From an uncultured Verrucomicrobiae bacterium (GTDB lineage Bacteria; Verrucomicrobiota; Verrucomicrobiia; Chthoniobacterales; Chthoniobacteraceae): a stretch of DNA of 64,000 nucleotides. Shown here in pieces: positions 20,128 to 27,873 of this stretch. The notes under the pieces were generated by a model. That model was not told where the DNA came from, made no database searches, and was given only the letters and a program-made list of their open reading frames with translations. The stretch lies in contig CAWIKF010000002.1 of NCBI GenBank assembly GCA_963836755.1, positions 1,120,001 to 1,184,000 on the forward strand, given 5' to 3'. The first letter of the stretch is position 1; each line of letters opens with the position of its first letter. The position numbers and the translations under genes are program-made.

Positions 20128-21011
20128 TGCAACGCCATCCTCCGCTCGCGTGTGCGGAAAAAGTTCCGCAGCGCCGGCAGATAATCCTGGTCCGTCCGCA
20201 GCGAGATCGTATCGATCCGCTTCTTCCGCAGACCGCGCTGGAACTCCGCGCGACGCCGCTCGACCAAGTGCGCGTAGGCCGCACGCAGCGACGCGCTCGA
20301 TGTATTCACCTCGATCTGCTCGCCGGTCTCCGCGTCCTCCAGCGTCACGATGCCGACCTCCGGCAATTCTTCCTCGCCCGGGTCCACAATCGGGATCGCG
20401 ATCAAATCATGCCGCCGGCTCGTCACCCCGAGCTCGCGTGAAAAGTCCGGAGCCTGGAAATCCGAGATCAGAAACGCCACCGAGCGCCGCGTCACCAGCC
20501 GGTTCAAATAATTCAGCGCCAGCGCCGGCCGTGTCCCGCGCCCCTTTGGCACAAAAAACAAAATGTCGCGGATTAATCGCAGCGTGTGCAGCCGGCCCTT
20601 CTTCGGCGGGATGAAAAGCTCCACCCGGTCCGAGAATAAAATCAGCCCGACCTTGTCGTTGTTCCGGATCGCGCTGAAAGCCAGCACCGACGCCACCTCA
20701 GCCGCGAGCTCGCGCTTGCTCAGCCGCACGCTCCCGTATTTGCCCGACGCGCTCACGTCCACGATCAACATCACGGTCAGCTCGCGCTCCTCGGTGAACT
20801 TTTTAATATAAGGATGCCCCATCCGCGCCGTCACATTCCAGTCGATCGCCCGCACCTCATCGCCCGGCGCATACTCGCGCACCTCCTCGAAATTCATCCC
20901 GCGTCCCTTGAACACACTCCGGTATTGCCCCGCAAACGCCGCGCTGACCAGCCCCCGCGTGCGGAGCTCGAGATGTCGGATCTTTTTTAAAATTTCATGC
21001 GGCGTATCCAT
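20124..21011 (-). CDS. DUF58 domain protein
   Basis: GQYRSVFKGRGMNFEEVREYAPGDEVRAIDWNVTAR, EEREL, DVSAS, ISDF; ATG at 21011. Confidence 0.93.
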   Translation of the reverse strand: MDTPHEILKKIRHLELRTRGLVSAAFAGQYRSVFKGRGMNFEEVREYAPGDEVRAIDWNVTARMGHPYIKKFTEERELTVMLIVDVSASGKYGSVRLSKRELAAEVASVLAFSAIRNNDKVGLILFSDRVELFIPPKKGRLHTLRLIRDILFFVPKGRGTRPALALNYLNRLVTRRSVAFLISDFQAPDFSRELGVTSRRHDLIAIPIVDPGEEELPEVGIVTLEDAETGEQIEVNTSSASLRAAYAHLVERRRAEFQRGLRKKRIDTISLRTDQDYLPALRNFFRTRERRMALQ

Positions 21012-21226
21012 CAGTGCGCTGAGATAAAGGCGGCACGTCGGGAGTGTGTAAAGCCCCTTCGCGCCTGAGACAAAGAGAGACACCACCGGCTGGGAAAAAG
21101 TTCAAAAAACCCGCCGCGCACTTGCCGATGCCGAATCAAAGTCTCGAGTGTCGAGGCCGGGAAACGCCCTTGCACTTTCCCCGCTTCCCGTGGAATCTTC
21201 GCCGCGCGCCAGCTTACGCATTCAAG

Positions 21227-22612
21227 ATGCCCGAAGATCCTCCTCATCGAGAAGTTTTCAGCAGGGGATGGGCGCGTCGCACGTTGGTTTCCCTCGTGCT
21301 CGGCATTTTTCTCGCGCGCGGAGCGGCTGGGGCGGAGCCGAGCCAGAGTCGAACTCCGACGCCGGCGCCGACACCTTCGCTCTCGCCAATGAAAGTGCCG
21401 TTGCTGAAATGGCCAGACCTTTCGCGCGGCCCAGGCCCGACGCCCACTCCGCCAATCCCGCCGCCCAAACTTCCGATCAAGATTCACCTCCAGCAAAACC
21501 CCGACAGCGACAACCTTTCGATCTACGTCGGCATCAATGGCCACCCACCTGTCGCCTATCTTCTCGATACCGGCTCCGATGCCTTCATCGCGGCGGGAAC
21601 CGCATGGCATCGGCAGAAAGTGGACTCCATCAGCAGGTCGAAAAAACCGGAGTCCGCGCTCTATGGCGACGGAACCTACGGCTACACTTACTTCCCGGTG
21701 ATGGCGCACCTCGCTTTCTACGATCCACATGCCGGCCGGCCTACGCTCGTGCTTCCGGCGCCGGAAGGTTACGTGGTCGGACGCATCGAGGAGCAAATCT
21801 TTGACCTCGAACCGAAGAAGCACATCAACGAAACCAGCAAAGTTACCACCGATGGCGGCATCTTCGGCGCCCGAATGCTCATCGGCGGCGCTGGCGAAGA
21901 CGTCGCGGACGGCTATCAACTTTCCAACACTCTCTATCAAATCCCCGGCGTGCAGGGACTCGTCGTCACCGACAACGGCCCACCCGGCACCGCGAGCCTC
22001 ACCGTCGGCCTGAACCAGGGAATCCGCGATCAGTTCAAGCAAAAGATCACTCTCACACCCAATGGCGGAAATTTTTCCCATTCAAACCTCCCGTCTTGCG
22101 ACGAAGCCGTGGTCAACCTCACTTTTTCCATGGAAGGCGAAAAGCCGGTCACCATCTCGACGAACCTCGGCCTCGATACCGGCTCGTCGACAGGCTATCA
22201 CGCCGGCTTTACTGCAGAGACCGCCAAGCTCCTCGCCCCGTATCTCGTGGATAGCCTCAGTAGCGTGGCCCATGACAAGGCATCGACGGCGAACAAGATC
22301 GTGAAGGCAGGCACGACCCTCACCTTTTCCTTCCCCGGCCGGCCCGATGGCTGGAAATATACTTTCCGCAGCAGCAGATCGTCCGCGCGCGGCGGAAACT
22401 CGGGCTTTATCCCCGTCACCAACCTCAGCAACGACGAGAATGACATCACCGTCGGCATCAGTTTCTTCGAGCACTTCGCCGTGATGTATGACATGGAAAA
22501 AGGCGAGCTCGGCCTGCGCGACAAGCCACCTGATCTTTCCCCCGCCATCCTGCATCCGGAAGAACATCCGGAAATCGCGCCGAAAAATCTCGTCGGTGGT
22601 CCGCACAATTGA
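21227..22612 (+). CDS. Secreted pepsin-like (bilobed) aspartic protease-like protein
   Basis: Two catalytic-type motifs LLDTGS and GLDTGS, flap-like YGDG, C-terminal VGISFFEHFAVMYD...LGL; signal peptide plus P/T-rich linker; start uncertain. Confidence 0.72.
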   Translation: MPEDPPHREVFSRGWARRTLVSLVLGIFLARGAAGAEPSQSRTPTPAPTPSLSPMKVPLLKWPDLSRGPGPTPTPPIPPPKLPIKIHLQQNPDSDNLSIYVGINGHPPVAYLLDTGSDAFIAAGTAWHRQKVDSISRSKKPESALYGDGTYGYTYFPVMAHLAFYDPHAGRPTLVLPAPEGYVVGRIEEQIFDLEPKKHINETSKVTTDGGIFGARMLIGGAGEDVADGYQLSNTLYQIPGVQGLVVTDNGPPGTASLTVGLNQGIRDQFKQKITLTPNGGNFSHSNLPSCDEAVVNLTFSMEGEKPVTISTNLGLDTGSSTGYHAGFTAETAKLLAPYLVDSLSSVAHDKASTANKIVKAGTTLTFSFPGRPDGWKYTFRSSRSSARGGNSGFIPVTNLSNDENDITVGISFFEHFAVMYDMEKGELGLRDKPPDLSPAILHPEEHPEIAPKNLVGGPHN

Positions 22613-22914
22613 GACAGCGACGGCCATGAAGGCATTCCGTGCTGCGCGGATTCGGTGCTGCTTCGCGCAAAACCTCGTATAATCGCAAAAAATATTGCTT
22701 GCCATCCCTCGCGCATGCCGCCAGTCTCGTCGGCGGGATGCGGGGTTTGATCGAATGCGGGTGCGGGTTTGCCGGACATTGGAACGTTCGGGCCGGAAAA
22801 GCGTGCCGCCTGCCGATTTCCAAAGCTCGCTGTCAAAAATCTCCCGCTGCCGGTCGCGGACTCGCCGTCAAAACTCGCGCACATCTCTGCCGACCCTTCG
22901 AAAACTGCGCTTGG

Positions 22915-23229
22915 AGTCGATTTTTTGCCACTTCGACGCGATCTTTTGCCAGTCCAACTCCATTTTTCAATGCTCAGTGTTTATTTTTCGTCACTTCGCC
23001 TCTCTTTTCTTCCGCTCAGAGTCTATTTTTCACCTCTCGGACTCCATTTTCTTCCGCTCAGATCCCCTGTTTTCAAGCGCCGACAAAGTTTTCTAACGCT
23101 CGGACTCTACTTTAAGACGCACTGAGTCGGTTTTACGACGATACAAATCCCTTTTCTTCCCCTCCGGCCTAATTTCACTCCTCTTCGACCCTCTTTTCTC
23201 CCGCTCCCACTCCATTTTCACCTTCTCGC
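22915..23229. repeat. Degenerate tandem array, 15 x 21 bp, approximate consensus ACTCYATTTTYWYCCGCTCRG
   Basis: Units start at 22915+21n with no indels, e.g. actccatttttcaatgctcag (22957), cctctcttttcttccgctcag (22999), actccattttcttccgctcag (23041), actccattttcaccttctcgc (23209). Confidence 0.85.
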
Positions 23230-23302
23230 GCAGCGTTTCTGAGCCCGCGCCGCGCGTTACACCCAGCTGGGCTCAAAGTTAATTACCAAACAAAAACAAA
23301 AA

Positions 23303-24025
23303 ATGAACGATACCCAAGTCAACAAAATCAACAGCTATCAGGCGACCAACCTCGTCCTGACCGCCCCCGCCAACGCCCCGCTCTGGAGCCCACTCGCCGC
23401 CTTCGTCCGCGGCCAGACGAGCCTCGCAGGCAGCATCAACATCCTGAACGCCCTCGGCCAGAGCCAGGGCAACGTCCTCACCGGCATTGCCGTCGATAAA
23501 GATCGCCTCCAGCAATCCGTCATCAACCGGATGCTCATTGTCGCAGGCGCGGCCGGCGGTTATGCCTACGAAACCGGCAACCAGACCCTCGCCGCACAGT
23601 GCGCCACCACCGAGAGCAAACTCAAGAACACCCGCGACGCCGTCCTCGACGACCTCGCACAAGCCTTGCACGACACCGTCGCCCCATTCGTCACCGCACA
23701 GCCCGCGAAACTCGCCGAATACGGCCTCACGCCCGCCATGCTCACCGATCTCCAAAGCGCCATCACCGCCTACGCGGCCGTCGTCGGCACTCCGCGCGCC
23801 GCCATCGCCGCGCGCGCAGCCACCACGACAGCTATCGATGCCGAGATCGCCCGCGCCGACGCAAACCTGACGAGCCTGCTCGACAGACTCATGCTGCAAT
23901 TCAAAGCCGCGCACCTCGACTTCTACAATGCCTACCTAAACGCCCGCAAAATCATCGACCTCGGCAGCAATCCCGGCAAACCCGCGCCCGCGGAGCCGGA
24001 GCCTGTGGTGCCAGCGGCAAAGTAG
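23303..24025 (+). CDS. Uncharacterised alpha-helical Ala-rich protein (240 aa)
   Basis: Clean ORF with strong C-ending codon bias; A-rich leader CAAACAAAAACAAAAAATG; motifs MNDTQVNKINSY, LAEYGLTPAML, DFYNAYLNARKIID. Confidence 0.85.
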   Translation: MNDTQVNKINSYQATNLVLTAPANAPLWSPLAAFVRGQTSLAGSINILNALGQSQGNVLTGIAVDKDRLQQSVINRMLIVAGAAGGYAYETGNQTLAAQCATTESKLKNTRDAVLDDLAQALHDTVAPFVTAQPAKLAEYGLTPAMLTDLQSAITAYAAVVGTPRAAIAARAATTTAIDAEIARADANLTSLLDRLMLQFKAAHLDFYNAYLNARKIIDLGSNPGKPAPAEPEPVVPAAK

Positions 24026-24043
24026 AATGGTTGATCCAATCTC

Positions 24044-24286
24044 CTACTTTGTTGCCGTGAATTTGTAGAGCATGACGCCGTGCGGCGGCAGGGTCATCGG
24101 CAGCGTGTCGGCGGCGGTGTCCACTACGGCTACGTCTTTCTGCCGCCACAGGTCGCGGACTTGCTGCCGGCCGGCGAGGTGGAGCTGCGCGAAGTGGTTG
24201 AAGTGTAGGTCGGCGGCCTTGTCACCGAGGTTGAAGAAGCCGAGCGCGCGGCCGCCGTCGGCAAGGTCTTTTTCATAGACACTCAC
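24044..24286 (-). pseudogene. Orphan C-terminal beta-sandwich of a GH27 alpha-galactosidase (gene remnant)
   Basis: VYEKDLADGGRALGFFN...VRDLWRQKD...LPPHGVMLYK is the typical melibiase C-terminal domain; no catalytic barrel upstream. Confidence 0.75.
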
Positions 24287-25323
24287 GGAGCTGCCTTGAG
24301 CAGCTTTGAGATGTCATCGATCTCTGCAACGCCTATCCACTTGTCGGCTCCGCCGTAGTAGAATCGCCAGAGACCTTTGAAGTGCGCCGCACCTTCGGTA
24401 AAGGTAAACACGTGGCGCCCATCGATTTCATACTTAAACTGAGGTTCGATGAAAGGAGCTTCGCAGCGTTTCAATAGCTTTGAAGGATCGTCCTTTGAAA
24501 ACAAGGCCCAGCCTGTCTTGTGGACATGGGCACTGTTCCACCCATTGTAGATGAATAGGATTCCTTCCGGCAGCATGATAGGTGTCGGGCCAGGCTCGAC
24601 TCCCAGGCTATCGAAATGATCCGGGCGCGCACTCATGAGCGAGTGGTCGAGTGGCTGGCTCCAGTGGATGAGATCGTCGGATACGGCCATGCCAATGGAA
24701 GGCTGCCACGCCGTCAATTGTCCGGCGAAATACATGATGTATTTGCCGCCGATTTTTTCCGGCACGATGACGCCGGCTTTGACCTGGTCTTTGTTCCATC
24801 TCTCAGGTTCGAGGATGACACCTTTCTTATCCCAATGAATGAGATCGGGGGAGGTGGCAATGCATTGCACGTCATGTTGGCTGTCCTTATTCCCTACATA
24901 GGTCAGGTAGTAAGTTTCGTTGAACCGAACGAGACGAGGGTCTTCGCAGCCATTCTGATCGTAAGGCTTGTCGGGAACCATCACGGGATTGTTGGCGTAA
25001 GGGACAAAGCTTCTTCCATCATCGCTAAAGGCCAATTGAAGGCGCGATCCGATAGGGCCATGAGTATTCCTCCGATAGATCATGGCTAAACGGTCGCCTA
25101 CTTTGATGACGGTGGGATTGAAGACAAGGTTGTCGCCCAGCGCCTTGTCGGGCGACAGGATCGGTTCGGAGTAGCGGACGACGCCGTTTGGCTCATGGAC
25201 TTGGAACTTTGTAAAATCCCGCGGGGCCTGCGAACTGGCCGGAGTGCCGGTGGCGTTCTGCGAATGGAGCCGGGGAACGAGCGAAATCGCCGCCAGAAGC
25301 GGCGCGAGAAGTTTTTTGTGCAT
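24283..25323 (-). CDS. Secreted GH130-like glycosidase/phosphorylase (five-bladed propeller)
   Basis: Signal peptide from ATG 25323; VFNP, GCEDPR, YYLTY, VEPGP, YYGGAD. Confidence 0.87.
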   Translation of the reverse strand: MHKKLLAPLLAAISLVPRLHSQNATGTPASSQAPRDFTKFQVHEPNGVVRYSEPILSPDKALGDNLVFNPTVIKVGDRLAMIYRRNTHGPIGSRLQLAFSDDGRSFVPYANNPVMVPDKPYDQNGCEDPRLVRFNETYYLTYVGNKDSQHDVQCIATSPDLIHWDKKGVILEPERWNKDQVKAGVIVPEKIGGKYIMYFAGQLTAWQPSIGMAVSDDLIHWSQPLDHSLMSARPDHFDSLGVEPGPTPIMLPEGILFIYNGWNSAHVHKTGWALFSKDDPSKLLKRCEAPFIEPQFKYEIDGRHVFTFTEGAAHFKGLWRFYYGGADKWIGVAEIDDISKLLKAAP

Positions 25324-25398
25324 CGATATGGCTTTTAAAGTGTTCTTCCATACCCGACGAGTGAATGGAATGCATGAAAGTTGTCCCCAATATTTAAA

Positions 25399-27853
25399 AT
25401 GAACCTCCGATTTTTCGTTGTCTGTATCGCCTTTGCTGTTGCCGGCGCCGCGCCTCATCTCGCCGCTGCGGAGGCGTCGCCGCACGAGCATCTTTCGCTC
25501 GACGCGAACTGGAGATTCCACCTCGGCGATGACTGGCCGGACGCGCTTTATCTCAACAAGGCCGGCGTCAATAAAGGGCCGGCTGCGGCGAACTTTGACG
25601 ACACCGCGTGGCGGACGATCCACCTGCCGCACGACTGGGCGGTCGAGTTGCCGTTCGACCCGGCGGCGGATCCGGGGCACGGGTTCAAGCCGGTCGGCCC
25701 CGGATTTCCGCGGACAAGCGTCGCCTGGTATCGCCGGACATTTGAGCTGCCGGAGAGCGACAACGGGAAGCGGTTCTGGCTGCAATTTGACGGCGCGTTT
25801 CGCGACGTGACGGTTTACGTCAACGGCTGGTTCGTCGGGCATTACGAGAGCGGCTATTATCCCTTCCGCGCGGACATCAGCGATCTCGTCCGCTTTGGCA
25901 AAAAGAACACGATTGCCGTGCGCGTGGATGCGAGCCGGTTCGAGGGATGGTTTTACGAAGGCGCGGGGATTTACCGGCACGTCTGGCTCGATAAAGCCGA
26001 GCCGGTCGCGATCGCAGCCGACGGCATTTTTGTTTACAGCAAGTTCGCCAAGAATGTGCCCGAGGGTGCAGCGGAGTTGCATGCGGAGGTGCGGTTGGTT
26101 AACGCGCTCGACAAGCCGGCGGAGGCGAGTGTGGTGCAAACTTTTTTTGATCCGAACGGGAAGCGAGTCGGCGAGATGAAGGAACAGGTGAACCTGGAGC
26201 CGCTCTCGCAAAAAGATTTCACATCCGATGCGGCAAATCAGCATCTCGCGCTGGACAAATACGAACTCTGGTCGCCGGAAACGCCGCGGCTCTACAAGCT
26301 GGTCACAACCGTGTCGGTCGGCGGCAAAGTCGTCGATCGGCAGGAGACGGCGTTTGGCATTCGCACGGCGACCTTTGATGCAAAAGAGGGATTTCTCCTC
26401 AACGGCAAACACTACGAAATCTGCGGCACCTGCAATCATCAGGATCACGCGGGAGTCGGCGCGGCATTGCCGGACGCGCTGCAATATTTTCGTATCGCGA
26501 AGCTCAAGGAATTCAGCAACGCGTATCGAACCGCGCACAATCCGCCGACGCCGGAACTGCTCGATGCGTGCGACCAGATCGGCATGCTGGTGATGGATGA
26601 GAGCCGGACGCTCGGCAGCGACGAGGCAAATATTCATCGCTGGGAATCGCAGGTGCGGCGCGACCGCAATCACCCGAGCGTAGCCTTCTGGAGCCTTTGC
26701 AATGAGGAGCCGATGCAGACCGATGCGAATGGCGGCAAGGTCGGCGGATCGATGCAGGCGCTGGTCAAGAAGCTCGACCCGACGCGAGCCGTCACGGCGG
26801 CCGAAAATGTGGGCGATGTTTACACCGGCCTCGAGAGCACGCTCGAAGTGCGCGGCTGGAACTACAACATTACGCCGGAGCGTGCGGTCCAGGTGGGAGC
26901 GTATCGCGCGAAACATCCCAACCAGCCGAACCTCGGTAGCGAGCAGGGGGCCAATCGCGGCACGCGCGGAATTTACACCAGCGACGCGGCGAAAGGCTGG
27001 GTTAGTTGCCGGCCCGGCAACATCGAAAGATGGTGGCCATTTTTTGCCGACCGTCCGTGGCTCAGCGGCGCCTTTGACTGGACGGGCTTTGACTACCGCG
27101 GAGAACCGACGCCGTATCATTGGCCCTGCATCAGCTCGAGCCCCGGGATTTTGGACACGTGCGGCTTCCCGAAGGACAACTTTTATTATTTCCAATCCTG
27201 GTGGACGAATAAGCCAGTGTTGCATCTCGAGCCGCATTGGAACTGGCCGGGCAAAGAAGGTCAGGAAATTGAAGTGGATGCGTTGAGCAACGCGCCGGAG
27301 GTCGAACTTTTCCTCAATGGCGAAAGCCTCGGTCGCAAACCGGTGCCGCGTAACTATCACGCCACGTGGCAGGTGAAATACGCGCCGGGAACTTTGAGCG
27401 CGAAGGGTTACGACAACGGTAAGGTCGTCTCGGAAACCAAGGTCGAGACGACCGGCCTAGCCGGCGTCGGTGGAGTTGACGCCCGACCGATCGAAGATCA
27501 ACGCCAACGGCGAGGATCTGAGCGTTTTCACCGTGTCGGTGAAGGATGAGAAAGGCCGCGTCGTGCCGACTGCGATGAACGCGATCCATTTCCAACTCGA
27601 AGGCGCAGGAAACATCATCGGCGTCGGCAACGGCGACCCGAGTTGTCACGAGCCGGATACCTATGTGGCGCAAGCGCCCGTGATGCAGCCGTCGCCGTGG
27701 GTGCGAAGCGTCTTCAACGGCTTCGCGCAAGTCATCGTGCAATCGACGAAAGAGCCCGGCACTCTCACGCTCACCGCGATCAGCGAGGGATTGAAATCCG
27801 CCACCGTCTCAGTGCAAAGCCAGCCGTGCACTCCGCGCCCGAGCGTGCCGTGA
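25399..27853 (+). pseudogene. GH2 beta-galactosidase-like gene with a +1 frameshift at ~27457-27460
   Basis: LPHDW, YEGAGIYR, NHQDH, RTAHNP, WSLCNEE, GFDYRGEP in frame 1; the C-terminal domain (PASVELTPDR...VGNGDP) continues in another frame to 27853; could be an assembly error. Confidence 0.8.
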
Positions 27854-27873
27854 CAACACGAAGATTTTTCCCA

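Noticed and set aside
22639..23125. Three overlapping + strand ORFs (118-158 aa) over the array
   Set aside because: Open frames are expected on a pyrimidine-rich strand; all stop mid-array and lack gene-like codon usage
22915..23229. CRISPR array or DGR template interpretation of the 21-bp array
   Set aside because: No constant repeat with unique spacers, no cas or reverse transcriptase gene, and no adenine-specific variant copy seen in the window
25324..27360. N-terminal ~680 aa of the 1025-aa minus ORF 24283..27360
   Set aside because: Antisense shadow of the GH2 gene; the real GH130 starts with a signal peptide at ATG 25323
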